Positions 37,998 to 47,753 of a stretch of 64,000 nucleotides of DNA are shown in pieces. Source of the DNA: an uncultured virus (IMG/VR IMGVR_UViG_3300045996_004413). Lineage: Duplodnaviria > Heunggongvirae > Uroviricota > Caudoviricetes. A program made the translations under genes and the position numbers. The notes under the pieces were generated by a model, which saw only the letters and a program-made list of their open reading frames with translations, made no database searches and was not told where the DNA came from. Each line of letters starts with the position of its first letter. Within the stretch, counting starts at the first letter, position 1. The stretch lies in IMG/VR virus record IMGVR_UViG_3300045996_004413. One strand, given 5' to 3'.

Positions 37998-38684
37998 ATG
38001 CAGAATCTTCGAAACGAGCTCCAGGGCAGTTTCCTGGTCTTTGACGGCCCCGACGGCGCCGGCAAATCCAGCGTGCGGGATTGGTTCGCACGGCATGTCA
38101 AAGCGTTATTCCCCGACCTGCCAGTGGTGCAGGTGCGGGAGCCGGGGGGCACTGAGTACGGGGAGCAGATCCGCGAGCTCCTCTTGAATTACAAGCCGAT
38201 CACCGGCGAGCCGCTGCACCCCCGGACCGAGGTGCTTTTGTTCATGGCCGCCCGCCAGCAGCTGCTGGAAAACGTGGTGTGCCCTGAGCTCAAAAAGGGC
38301 GCGCTGGTCCTGTCTGACCGCTTCGTGTCCAGCACGCTCGCCTACCAGGGCACGGCAGGCCAGGTGCCGGTGGACGACATCATCACCGTGGCCAAGGCCG
38401 TGATCCCCGCGTGGTGCTGGCCCAAGATCACCGTGATCCTCGACGTGACCTACGAGAAGGCCCGCGAGCGCATGGCCAAGAAGCCCCAGGAGCTCGATCG
38501 CATCGAGAAGCGCGGGCGGCCTTACTGGGAGTTGACCCGCACGGGCTACCTGATGCAGGCCAGCCGCTGGCCACAGTACACGCTCCTCGTTGACGCCAAC
38601 GCCGCAGAGAGCGATGTGCGGCAACAGGTGCTCGACAAGGTCACCCAGCGGCTACGGGATCTGTCCAATCGAATCGAGGGTTAA
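37998..38684 (+). CDS. tmk: thymidylate kinase
   Basis: FDGPDGAGKS, REPGGT, LFMAAR, SDRFVSSTLAYQG, DRIE. Confidence 0.95.
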   Translation: MQNLRNELQGSFLVFDGPDGAGKSSVRDWFARHVKALFPDLPVVQVREPGGTEYGEQIRELLLNYKPITGEPLHPRTEVLLFMAARQQLLENVVCPELKKGALVLSDRFVSSTLAYQGTAGQVPVDDIITVAKAVIPAWCWPKITVILDVTYEKARERMAKKPQELDRIEKRGRPYWELTRTGYLMQASRWPQYTLLVDANAAESDVRQQVLDKVTQRLRDLSNRIEG

Positions 38685-39026
38685 ATGCGGCCTTCCTGCT
38701 TGCACTGCGTGGCAAAACATCTGGCCCAGGCCGAGATCCTGTTCCGCGAGGCCCGCACGGGTTACCCCCACCACATGCTGCGGGCGATCGGCCACATGGA
38801 GGAAGCGGCGCAGGAGTCCGAGGCCGCCTACCCCGACCTCTCCCAGCAGATCTACGCGGAACGTAAGAACGCTGAGGATCCCACCTATGCCCCGGACATC
38901 GAGCCGCTGCTTAAAGACATCCACGCTCGCATGGTTCCCGCGGAAGCGGCCTTGCAGGAATTGATCAAGAAGGCTACGGAGAAGGCCACGGAGAAGGCCA
39001 AGCGCAAAGGCGGAAAGAAAAAATGA
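38685..39026 (+). CDS. hypothetical protein
   Basis: CLHCVAKHLAQA...AIGHMEEA. Confidence 0.7.
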   Translation: MRPSCLHCVAKHLAQAEILFREARTGYPHHMLRAIGHMEEAAQESEAAYPDLSQQIYAERKNAEDPTYAPDIEPLLKDIHARMVPAEAALQELIKKATEKATEKAKRKGGKKK

Positions 39027-39754
39027 CCCAGCCAATTTTTGCCGTTCCCACCGCAAACCCGGAGAAGTGCTCCGCCACCTTCAAAAAGTGGCAGGAGATG
39101 GGTTATCTCACCGCGGCGCTCGTCGACGGCAACACGCCGTTCCCCCGGCACATGACTTTCGGCCTGCGAGCTCAGATCTACAAGGGCTGGCCCACCGCGG
39201 TCAACGCCCTGCTCAAGGACCTGATGCTCAACACCGGGGCCGAGTGGTTCATCGCCGCGGGCGACGACATGGCTCCGGATCCCAACCTTCGGGGCGAGGT
39301 CATTGCCGCCCAGTGCACCGAGCACTTCAAGGGCACACTGGGTGTCATGCAGCCCACCGGCGACCCCTGGATGGTCGACGCGTCCGGCCGCTGCGCTGCC
39401 GAGCGGATCTGCGGCAGCCCGTGGCTGGGCCGGGAATTCATCCGGCGGTGGAACAACGGCAAGGGGCCGTTCTCCGAGGAATACTTCCACTGCTACGCAG
39501 ACGAGCAACTCCACGACGAGACCCTTCCCAACGGATTCCTGTGGCAGCGCAAGGACTTGTCCCATTGGCATCACCACCCCAATCGCACCGGGGAGAAACC
39601 CCCGGGATACATGCAGGTGGCCAACAACCACTTCAGGTCAGACCAGGCGGCGTTTCGCCGCTGGCAAGCCGCGGGCTCCAAGATGCCGCCGCTGTTGCCC
39701 CCCTACCCCAAGGGAGGCCTGTTCCAGATTCCACCGCAACCCGTGGGCGCCTGA
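39023..39754 (+). CDS. GT-A fold glycosyltransferase
   Basis: AAGDDM DxD-like motif, YFHCYADEQL, HWHHH. Confidence 0.75.
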   Translation: MTQPIFAVPTANPEKCSATFKKWQEMGYLTAALVDGNTPFPRHMTFGLRAQIYKGWPTAVNALLKDLMLNTGAEWFIAAGDDMAPDPNLRGEVIAAQCTEHFKGTLGVMQPTGDPWMVDASGRCAAERICGSPWLGREFIRRWNNGKGPFSEEYFHCYADEQLHDETLPNGFLWQRKDLSHWHHHPNRTGEKPPGYMQVANNHFRSDQAAFRRWQAAGSKMPPLLPPYPKGGLFQIPPQPVGA

Positions 39755-40356
39755 TGAAGCTCTCAATTCTGATTTGTTCTCTCGCCGCGCGGGCGGGAGT
39801 TCTTTCCCGGTTAACGGGCGTGCTCAAGCCCCAGCTTGGCCCCGACGTCGAAGTGCTCGTCAACATCGACGACGGCACCAAGCCCATCGGCAGGAAACGT
39901 AACGAGTTGATCGCCCGGGCCAAGGGCGAGTACGTGGCCTTTATTGATGACGATGACCTGGTGTCCGACGATTACGTTGAGCGGATCCGCGCGGCAACGC
40001 AGGACAGCCCGGATTGCGTGGGCATCGAGGGCGTGATCACCTTCAACGGGACAAACCCGCGGCGGTTCATCCACTCGATCCAGCACACTTGGCGGCAGGA
40101 GGGCGGCGTCTACTACCGCTCGCCCAACCACCTGAACCCCATCAAGCGGTCGCTGGTGGTCCAGTGTCCCTTCCCCGAGGTCAACCACGGGGAAGACAAA
40201 GCGTTTTCCGACGTCATCCGTCCGCTGCTCAAGACCGAGCAGTACATCGACAAGACCCTCTACTTTTACCTGTATGTGCGGGACGTCCCGGTCGTGGTCG
40301 TCAAGAAAAAACGGCCGCAGATCGTCACCCGACCCACGAAAGGACTCGCAGGCTGA
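39754..40356 (+). CDS. glycosyltransferase family 2
   Basis: KLSILICSL, IGRKRN, GEYVAFIDDDD, GED. Confidence 0.9.
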   Translation: MKLSILICSLAARAGVLSRLTGVLKPQLGPDVEVLVNIDDGTKPIGRKRNELIARAKGEYVAFIDDDDLVSDDYVERIRAATQDSPDCVGIEGVITFNGTNPRRFIHSIQHTWRQEGGVYYRSPNHLNPIKRSLVVQCPFPEVNHGEDKAFSDVIRPLLKTEQYIDKTLYFYLYVRDVPVVVVKKKRPQIVTRPTKGLAG

Positions 40357-40961
40357 TGGGACCCGTTTTAAGCATCCTGATTCCTTCCATCCCCTCACGG
40401 GTGGAGAAATACCTCCTGCCTCTTTTCAAGAAGCTCGAGGGACAAGCCGAGAACCGGCCGGTGGAGATCCTCAGCCTGCTGGACAACAAGAAGCGGTCGA
40501 TCGGCCTTAAGCGGCAGTCGCTCGTAAGTGAAGCCCGCGGCGAGTACATCACGTTCGTCGACGACGACGATGATGTCAGCGATGACTATGTTGACCAGAT
40601 CCTGCGGGCGCGGGCCGGCGCCCTCTTTGCCCCGGACGTGATCACCTTCGACCAAGTCTCCAGCATTGACGGCAAGCCGTTCAAGGTATCCTTCGGCCTC
40701 AACAACGTGAACCAGGAGGCGGGGTGGCTGGAGGTGGATAAAAAGTACCGCGACATCCAGCGGCGGCCGTTTCACGTGTGCGCCTGGCGACGCGCGATCG
40801 CCGATGGCCTGGAGTTCCCCGACGCGTCGTACGGGGAGGACTGGTACTGGGCCGAGAACATGTGCAAGCGGGCGATGACCGAGATCCACATCGACAGCGT
40901 GCTGCACTTTTATCGTTTCGACAACAAGGTAACCGAGGCAGAGCATGTATTCCCAAAATAA
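40356..40961 (+). CDS. glycosyltransferase family 2
   Basis: LSILIPSI, IGLKRQ, GEYITFVDDDD, YGED; paralogue of the upstream gene. Confidence 0.9.
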   Translation: MGPVLSILIPSIPSRVEKYLLPLFKKLEGQAENRPVEILSLLDNKKRSIGLKRQSLVSEARGEYITFVDDDDDVSDDYVDQILRARAGALFAPDVITFDQVSSIDGKPFKVSFGLNNVNQEAGWLEVDKKYRDIQRRPFHVCAWRRAIADGLEFPDASYGEDWYWAENMCKRAMTEIHIDSVLHFYRFDNKVTEAEHVFPK

Positions 40962-41559
40962 CGAAGAAGAGATCATCACCAAGTTCCTGGACGGCCAGGC
41001 AGGGTCATTTCTCGACATTGGTGCCTACGACGGCAAATGTTTCTCCAACACCCTCCGGCTCGTAGAGATCGGCTGGAGCGGCCTGTGCCTCGAGCCGAGC
41101 ATGAGCGTGTTCCCGGCCCTGCAGAAACTCCACGAAGGCAACCCCCGCGTCATCTGCATCCCCAAGGCCTTCGCCAAGACCGACGGTAAGGTCAAATTCT
41201 ACGACTCCGGCGGCGACGCGATCTCTTCCACCAATTACGTCCATAAGGTGAAATGGGAACGCGGGTACCCCGGGTGCAAGTTCAAGGAGTGCCAGGTCGA
41301 CACGATCAGCCTCGACACGCTTTTGAAACTGATCCCTGTTGGGTGGCCGCCCGTCATGTTCCTCAACCTAGACGTTGAGGGCACGTCGGCAACCCTGTTC
41401 TTCGACATGGACCTGTCCCGCCTGCCGTCCCTGCAGCTGATCTGCATCGAGCATGATCACCGCGAAGCCGAGGTGCGGGCCAAGGCCAAGGAGCACGGCT
41501 TCACCACCGAGCTGCTGCATAACTCCGAAAACCTGATTCTGGTGAAACCTCGTGGCTAA
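40945..41559 (+). CDS. FkbM family methyltransferase
   Basis: YSQNNEE, FLDIGAYDG..SNT, GWSGLCLEP, LNLDVEG. Confidence 0.9.
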   Translation: MYSQNNEEEIITKFLDGQAGSFLDIGAYDGKCFSNTLRLVEIGWSGLCLEPSMSVFPALQKLHEGNPRVICIPKAFAKTDGKVKFYDSGGDAISSTNYVHKVKWERGYPGCKFKECQVDTISLDTLLKLIPVGWPPVMFLNLDVEGTSATLFFDMDLSRLPSLQLICIEHDHREAEVRAKAKEHGFTTELLHNSENLILVKPRG

Positions 41560-42241
41560 AACCTGCATCGTCAACTTCGGCAACAACAAGGGCTGGTACC
41601 GGGCGGGGCAGCGGCGACTGATCGACACGGTCAACCAGTTCGCCCCCCACATCGAAGTCTGTCATTGGGCCCACGAGCGGGACATCGGCTGCGACTCGCA
41701 CCAGGCCAACCCCTACATGTTCAAGCCCGCGGCATTCCGCGCCGCCCAGCGGCGGGGCTTTGAAATCATCCTGTGGGTCGATTGCTCGATCGCCTGCGTC
41801 AAGGACCCCGCCCCGGTCTTCGAACAGATTGAGCGGGATGGCCACCTGCTGATCAACTCCGGCTGGAATACCGGCCAGTGGTGCAGCGACGCGGCTCTGC
41901 CCCTCTTAGGGGCTACCCGCAATGAGTTGTGGAAAGTGCCCATGATCACCGCCGGCTTCCTGGGGCTGGATCTGCGGAAGGATCGGTCGCAGAAATTCCT
42001 CGAGGAGTACTGGCAACTCGCAGTTGCCGGCGCCTTCAAGGGACCGTGGACGAACAGGGACAGCGAGGCAAGCCCGACAGAGGGCGTGCTGGGTCACCGG
42101 CACGACCAGACCTGCGCGTCGTGGCTCGTCCACAAGCTGGGCATGGGTCCGCTGCACAACGAGAAGTTCATGGTCTATAAGCAGGCCCTGGACCATGTAG
42201 ACAAAGAACATGTTTACTTCGTCGCTGTTGGAGGCGCATGA
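41552..42241 (+). CDS. nucleotide-diphospho-sugar transferase-like protein
   Basis: YMFKP, ILWVDCS, GHRHDQT. Confidence 0.7.
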   Translation: MAKTCIVNFGNNKGWYRAGQRRLIDTVNQFAPHIEVCHWAHERDIGCDSHQANPYMFKPAAFRAAQRRGFEIILWVDCSIACVKDPAPVFEQIERDGHLLINSGWNTGQWCSDAALPLLGATRNELWKVPMITAGFLGLDLRKDRSQKFLEEYWQLAVAGAFKGPWTNRDSEASPTEGVLGHRHDQTCASWLVHKLGMGPLHNEKFMVYKQALDHVDKEHVYFVAVGGA

Positions 42242-42768
42242 ACTTTCACCCCCCGGATAACAGCTCTGCCACGGCCAACATCATCGTGCCGTGGCTGATC
42301 GAGCGGTATAAGCCGCGGGCTGTGGTTGATTTCGGTTGCAACGTCGGCTGGTGGCTCAAGGCCTTCGTCGACAACGGCGTGACCGACGTACTGGGAATCG
42401 ATGGGGACAACATGATCCCCGAGTTTTGTCTCTCCCTCCACGACTTCGTGGTAGCGGACCTGACCAAGCCCCTGAACCTGGGAAGAGAATTTGACCTGGC
42501 CCTGTGCCTGGAGGTGGGAGAGCACCTGCTGCCGGAGTCCGCTGAGACGCTGGTAAGGTCGCTCACCCGTCACGTGGACCTGGTGTTCTGGTCGGCGGCC
42601 CCGCCGGGCCAGGGCGGCTACAACCACGTCAATGAGCAACCCGGCGAGTATTGGGAAGAGCTCTTTAAGAAGCAAGGTTTCCAGGGAACGCGGCTCACAG
42701 ACGTGCTGCCGCCGGTGCCTCACGTGTATTACGCCAACAACGCTTACGAATTTCGGCGGATGACATGA
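42238..42768 (+). CDS. class I SAM methyltransferase
   Basis: VVDFGCNVG, FDLALCLEVGEHL, SAAPPGQGG..HVNEQ. Confidence 0.88.
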   Translation: MNFHPPDNSSATANIIVPWLIERYKPRAVVDFGCNVGWWLKAFVDNGVTDVLGIDGDNMIPEFCLSLHDFVVADLTKPLNLGREFDLALCLEVGEHLLPESAETLVRSLTRHVDLVFWSAAPPGQGGYNHVNEQPGEYWEELFKKQGFQGTRLTDVLPPVPHVYYANNAYEFRRMT

Positions 42769-43364
42769 TCGATTTGAGCCCCTACTTCAAACACGCCCAG
42801 TTAGCGGTTCGTCAAGGCGGGGAAACCAGCCTGTGCGATCCAGAACTGAACACAGAACACCATTACCTCTCCTGCAAGGAGGCAGACCTATTACACCGAA
42901 TCGCGACGATTTGCTCCGGCGACTGGCTCGACATTGGCAGCCAAACTGGCTGGACCGCAGCCCACATAGCAGCGGCGGGGAGCCGAGTGGTGGCCCTCGA
43001 CCCGGGCTACAGCGACGTGTCGCTCAAAGCTCGGGCGGAGCGAAACCTGCTTACGGCCAAGCTGCACAACAACGTCCTGCTGCTGGCTAAGAGCGGGGTG
43101 GACTTCCTGCAGTCGATGCCCAAGGCCCGCTTCCCCGGGATCTGTATCGGCTGCGACCCGGAGACAGGCAATCCCCTGATTCCCGCGCCCATGGCGGCCG
43201 CGGCCCTACAGCACGACGGCTGCATTTTCATGCGGGATTATGCCTGCCTGTCCACGCAGGAAGCCGTGACGTGGTTCAGGAGCTTCGGCTTCCGGGCCAG
43301 GACCTGGGACACGCTGCACGGGGTTGCCGTGCTCTGGCGGGGCGAATTTGAGATACCAACTTGA
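42765..43364 (+). CDS. class I SAM methyltransferase-like (Methyltransf_24-like), divergent
   Basis: WLDIGSQTGWT, VALDP. Confidence 0.65.
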   Translation: MIDLSPYFKHAQLAVRQGGETSLCDPELNTEHHYLSCKEADLLHRIATICSGDWLDIGSQTGWTAAHIAAAGSRVVALDPGYSDVSLKARAERNLLTAKLHNNVLLLAKSGVDFLQSMPKARFPGICIGCDPETGNPLIPAPMAAAALQHDGCIFMRDYACLSTQEAVTWFRSFGFRARTWDTLHGVAVLWRGEFEIPT

Positions 43365-43432
43365 CGGTTGGTGCCGCCCAATGCGATCTGTAAAATGACA
43401 TCGGTATTCGACTTGTGTCGAGCCCCACTGCC

Positions 43433-43470
43433 GGAACCCGGTCTTCTCTCTGAGGGCCGGGTTTCTTTTT
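43433..43470 (+). terminator. intrinsic terminator
   Basis: gaacccggtcttc / gagggccgggttt stem followed by T run. Confidence 0.7.
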
Positions 43471-43483
43471 GCGCGGAGAAACA

Positions 43484-45376
43484 ATGGACATTACCAAGCT
43501 CGCGATCAACTATTTCCGGGCGAACAACCCCCTGCTCGCCCTGGTGTCGGAAGAAATCTTCCCGGCCCAGACGGCGATCGAGGAAGCGGTCACGCAGATC
43601 AACAAGCTGCGGGAGGCCGAGACCGACCCGCGGCCCCCGGTGCGGCTTGTGCTGCATGACCCGCTGGCGGGCTTTCACTTTGGCACCTTTAACGTCACGG
43701 CAAACCTGGTGGAGCCGCGCACGTCGCTGCAGGACCTTTGCCGGTTGATCCAGCCCGAATCGCTGGGCGATATGACCCTCGCGGACAGCGTCGAAGGCCG
43801 GCCCGGGACGATCAAGCTCAAGGGCCAGCAGCGGCCGATCGAGGAGACCGACGACGTGATCGCGGTGCTCAAAAACTGGGACATGCTCTTTGACCCCCAG
43901 CGGTTCACCGCCACCGCGGACTTCATCATGGCCTTCATCAACATCCTGCAGGGCAATTTGTGCGCGACGCAGTGGCAGGAAGTCGCCAGCGTCCCCCGCA
44001 ATACCCCGGCGTGGGCAACGCTCAAAAACGGCAACCGCTTCAGCACCATCAAGCGGGGCAAGCGGATGCTGGTGCTCCTGAACAAGACCGACCGTATCCC
44101 GCCGGAGCTGTCGGAGATCAAGCCCATCTACGTGCCGCTTCCCGGCCGTGAACACATGGGGAAGCTGGTCGACAGCCAGCTCGAGGCAGTCGCCAACAAG
44201 GCCAAGACCAAAAACAAGTCGTACTTCCACAACATCCCTGCGAACAAGCTGCCCGAGTTCCGCGATCGCGTGGTGTCCTCGTTGATCGGCCTGACCGACC
44301 AGGCGGCCCAGGACGCCCTGCTGCTGTCGCAGGTGGAGCACGAGGGCTTCTCCGACGTGGGCACGATCTCCACGATCGAGGGGCTCAAGGCCGCGGCAAT
44401 CTCCCTGCTCCCGGGCCTGCAGTACGTGCCCTATTCCCGGATCCGTTCGGGTTCGTTCCTGCCCGGCTACGGGCCGGTGCGCGAGGTGATCCAGGCTGCC
44501 CGCAGCCTCACCCCGGAGTACAAGAAGCAGCACAACCTGCCCAACCAGCGGGGCTTTGCCCTCTTTGGTCCCCCGGGCGGCGGCAAGACCGTCAGCGGCA
44601 TGCAGATCGCCGGCGAACTGGGCACCGGCCTCCTGATCTGCTCGATGGGCGAGGTGCAAGGCTCTTTGGTCAGCGAATCCGAGCGCAACATGCGGCGGGT
44701 GATCAACATTGCCGAGTCCGGCGAATACACCCTCATGCTCGACGACGTTGACAAGGGTGGCATGGGCGCCGGCAACCTGCAGACCGACGGCGGGGTATTC
44801 GAGCGGCTGGTCAACATCGTGCTCACGACGATGTCCGACAAGAATTCCCGGATTACCTGGATCCTCACCGGCAACCGGCTGCAGAACGTGCGGCCCGAGC
44901 TGTACCGCGACGGCCGCGTCGATGAGAAGTACTTCGTGGACCTGCCCGACGCGGAGATCCGTAAGAACATCGTGTTGTACCACCTGAAGGCCCACAACAT
45001 TGAGCCGCCGTACTTCAAGGGCACCAAGTGCGACTCGGCCGAAGCCAGCGAGATCTTCCTCGAGGCCCTCGTGTCCGACGGCAGCGCCAACAAGCGGCGG
45101 ATGAAGGACTGGAGCGGTGCCGAGATCGAGGGCCTGATCATTAAGGGGATCCGCCACGCAGGCCAGCGGGGGGAGCACTTCCTGAACACCGACTGGCTGC
45201 TCTCGCAGGTGGAGCTCAAGGTGGCCCAGGCAGCCTCGGCGGCGGCCAAGGATGATATCGCCAACATGCGGAGGCTCGCGTCGGACTTTGTGCGCATTGG
45301 CGTGTCCGACGCCGGCAAAGCGGTCGCACTCTCACTCCCGGCCGAAAAGCGGTCCAACCGCGAAGCCGACGTTTAA
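43484..45376 (+). CDS. Ycf46-like AAA+ ATPase
   Basis: Inactive N-terminal AAA-like domain; GPPGGGKT, SLVSESE.NMR, LDDVDK, RPELYRDGRVDEKYFVDLP, WSGAEIE. Confidence 0.85.
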   Translation: MDITKLAINYFRANNPLLALVSEEIFPAQTAIEEAVTQINKLREAETDPRPPVRLVLHDPLAGFHFGTFNVTANLVEPRTSLQDLCRLIQPESLGDMTLADSVEGRPGTIKLKGQQRPIEETDDVIAVLKNWDMLFDPQRFTATADFIMAFINILQGNLCATQWQEVASVPRNTPAWATLKNGNRFSTIKRGKRMLVLLNKTDRIPPELSEIKPIYVPLPGREHMGKLVDSQLEAVANKAKTKNKSYFHNIPANKLPEFRDRVVSSLIGLTDQAAQDALLLSQVEHEGFSDVGTISTIEGLKAAAISLLPGLQYVPYSRIRSGSFLPGYGPVREVIQAARSLTPEYKKQHNLPNQRGFALFGPPGGGKTVSGMQIAGELGTGLLICSMGEVQGSLVSESERNMRRVINIAESGEYTLMLDDVDKGGMGAGNLQTDGGVFERLVNIVLTTMSDKNSRITWILTGNRLQNVRPELYRDGRVDEKYFVDLPDAEIRKNIVLYHLKAHNIEPPYFKGTKCDSAEASEIFLEALVSDGSANKRRMKDWSGAEIEGLIIKGIRHAGQRGEHFLNTDWLLSQVELKVAQAASAAAKDDIANMRRLASDFVRIGVSDAGKAVALSLPAEKRSNREADV

Positions 45377-45388
45377 CCCGAGGGAATC

Positions 45389-46402
45389 ATGACAGAAGCA
45401 ATCAAGGAGAAACGAATCATGCCGGTATCGAAGGCGGCGCCAGCCCCCACGATGGGCAAGGAAATTCGGGCAGGGCTTTGCTCGATCTACGTGTCGGTCT
45501 CCCGGCCTGACGGAATGCTCCGGGTGCGAACCGGCAACCTGGAAATCGGCGACAGGGAGGTCGACCTCGAGGCCGGCAAGTCCCTGATCACCCGCAACCG
45601 CGCCCGCTACGATTTCCACCCGCTGTGGAGCGAGATCGATGCCACGGAAAGGGAGATCCGGCGATTGGTCAAGATTTCGTCGGTGAACAATCTGCAGCGG
45701 GGCACCTACATGATGCCCATGCTCCTGCTGCCGGAGTTTTACCTGAAGCTCGACGCCCTGATCGAGAAACGCTACAAGTACGTCGACCGGTTGATCGACC
45801 ACTGGGACACCTCGGTGTTCCCCAAGATCGCCGAGGCCTACGAAAAGATTCAAAACGGCAAGGCGATTTACGACGACATCAAGGACCGGATTGCCAAGCC
45901 CACCCGGGGCCAGTTCGAAGTGGCCCAGGAGTCCTACCCGCTGTCAAACCTGACGACCGCGGACATGGATCTGTCCAAGCTCACCCAGGAAGAGCGGCGG
46001 AAGATCCTGACCAAGACCAACGAGGCCACCGAGCAGCTGTTCAAAAATCGCATGCAGGCCCTGTTCGACGGCGTGTTCGGCGAGATTGCCAAGATCTGTG
46101 ACGACATTGCCAAGGGCGGCTTCGACGGCAACCGCGAGAAGCCCGGGGCGTACCGCGACATTATGGACGCCTTGCAAAGAGCCCATAACTTCCGGCAATA
46201 TGCTGACGCTGGAATGCTCGATAAGCTCGACGCGGCGACGAAGACCATGCAGGAAATTACCCCCGAGGCGCTGGCCAAGAACATTGGCAACACCCGGGCG
46301 ATCCTCAAGCAGGCCTTCGTGCCGCTCAAGGGTGCGGTGGCGGAGCTGCGGGAAGCGTATGTCCCGGGCGAGAGCCGCGGAGCCCGTACAGCGGAGTTTT
46401 AA
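45389..46402 (+). CDS. DUF3150-like helical protein
   Basis: 337 aa, directly downstream of the Ycf46-like AAA; coiled-coil rich; family call rests mostly on context. Confidence 0.55.
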   Translation: MTEAIKEKRIMPVSKAAPAPTMGKEIRAGLCSIYVSVSRPDGMLRVRTGNLEIGDREVDLEAGKSLITRNRARYDFHPLWSEIDATEREIRRLVKISSVNNLQRGTYMMPMLLLPEFYLKLDALIEKRYKYVDRLIDHWDTSVFPKIAEAYEKIQNGKAIYDDIKDRIAKPTRGQFEVAQESYPLSNLTTADMDLSKLTQEERRKILTKTNEATEQLFKNRMQALFDGVFGEIAKICDDIAKGGFDGNREKPGAYRDIMDALQRAHNFRQYADAGMLDKLDAATKTMQEITPEALAKNIGNTRAILKQAFVPLKGAVAELREAYVPGESRGARTAEF

Positions 46403-46403
46403 T

Positions 46404-46877
46404 ATGCCCTTTGGTGGCCGATCTTACCCCGCCCGACCTCGCCCGGATGCGATGCCGGCCATGAGCAAGCAGACCAAGGTCTGGACCGACCAGTACGGCA
46501 AGCAGGAGCGCATCTGCGACATGCCTGCCCCCAAACTGGTGGGGATCATGCGGATGCTCAAGCGTGCGGCCTTGATCCACCGGGCGATCGCCACGGTGGA
46601 GATCATGGACAGCGACAATGCGGACGCTCACGCCGGCGCCGCCCTGGCCGCCCACCTGCAGCGGCCGTGGCACGACTTCCTGCCCGCAAAGGATTTCTTC
46701 CAGGCCATGGTGTACGACTGCATGCGGCGGAACATCCCCTGGGATGACAAGCCGGACGTCACCGACGACGCCGTGGTGATGCAGGTCAGTGTGGAGCGTG
46801 TGCGGGCACGGCTGGAGGCAAGTGTGGCCAATTACGTCCCCGGCAGCAGCCAGGCAAAGCGTGAAGCAGATCTATAA
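46404..46877 (+). CDS. hypothetical protein
   Basis: WTDQYG...ICDM motif; GGAG RBS. Confidence 0.6.
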   Translation: MPFGGRSYPARPRPDAMPAMSKQTKVWTDQYGKQERICDMPAPKLVGIMRMLKRAALIHRAIATVEIMDSDNADAHAGAALAAHLQRPWHDFLPAKDFFQAMVYDCMRRNIPWDDKPDVTDDAVVMQVSVERVRARLEASVANYVPGSSQAKREADL

Positions 46878-46886
46878 GGAGACCCC

Positions 46887-47753
46887 TTGGAATTCAACCC
46901 AGTAAAAATCAGGCCCCCCGGTAAGATCCACGGGGGCAAGGCGTATCTGGCCCGGCGGTTTATCAAGCGGGCCCCCCGCAATGCCCGCCGGGTCCGGGAG
47001 CACTGCGGCGGCATGGCGTCGTTCCTCCTGAACGTGCGGCCCGTCCCGGGCACCCCGCTGGTCTACAACGAGATCAGCCCGCTGTTGATCAACATGTACC
47101 GGGCGATCAAGGAGACCCCAAGCGAGTTGCTGTCCCGGCTTCGTGGGCTCAAATACGACCTGAAGACGTTCGAACATTGGCGGGACACCCAGCTCGACCC
47201 GTCGCAGCAACTGGAGATCGCAATCAAGGCGATCGTCAGCTACCGCATGTCCCGCGGCGGCCTGCGTAAGAGCTTCGCCTGGTCGGAGCGCAAGCGTGGC
47301 GGCCAGCCCGGAGATCTCAACGCCTGGATGACGATGCTCGAGAGTTGGCCCATGATCGCCAACCACGTGAAGAACTGGACGATCACCGAGCGAGACTTCC
47401 TGCAGTCGATCGCCGACGAGCCGCTGGAGACCGACGTCAACTACATCGACCCGACCTACCTCCGGAAATCTCGCGCCACGTTCAACAACTACGAGTTCGA
47501 GATGACCGAGAAGCAGCACGAGGACATGCTCAGGCTTGTGACGGCGACGCCAGGGTACTTCATGATCTCCCACTACGCCCACGAGATGTATGACGACATG
47601 CTCAAGGGCTGGCGGCGGGTGCAGTTTGACATGCCCAACCACTCCGGTCAGGGCAAGGCCAAGCAAAGGCGTGTGGAGTGCCTGTATCTCAATTACGGGC
47701 AGCAGTTACAGCTCTTCCCCGATGCCGGGGACATTGACAAGGAAACGGCTTGA
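46887..47753 (+). CDS. Dam-family (D12) DNA adenine methyltransferase
   Basis: HGGKAYLA, YNEI, DF...YIDPTY, MISHY, VECLYLNY. Confidence 0.85.
   Translation: MEFNPVKIRPPGKIHGGKAYLARRFIKRAPRNARRVREHCGGMASFLLNVRPVPGTPLVYNEISPLLINMYRAIKETPSELLSRLRGLKYDLKTFEHWRDTQLDPSQQLEIAIKAIVSYRMSRGGLRKSFAWSERKRGGQPGDLNAWMTMLESWPMIANHVKNWTITERDFLQSIADEPLETDVNYIDPTYLRKSRATFNNYEFEMTEKQHEDMLRLVTATPGYFMISHYAHEMYDDMLKGWRRVQFDMPNHSGQGKAKQRRVECLYLNYGQQLQLFPDAGDIDKETA

Noticed and set aside
43238..45178. 646 aa minus-strand ORF and similar long antisense ORFs (e.g. 9284-10465, 1546-2667, 35665-36795)
   Set aside because: Shadow ORFs of high-GC3 genes on the opposite strand, with no recognisable motifs.
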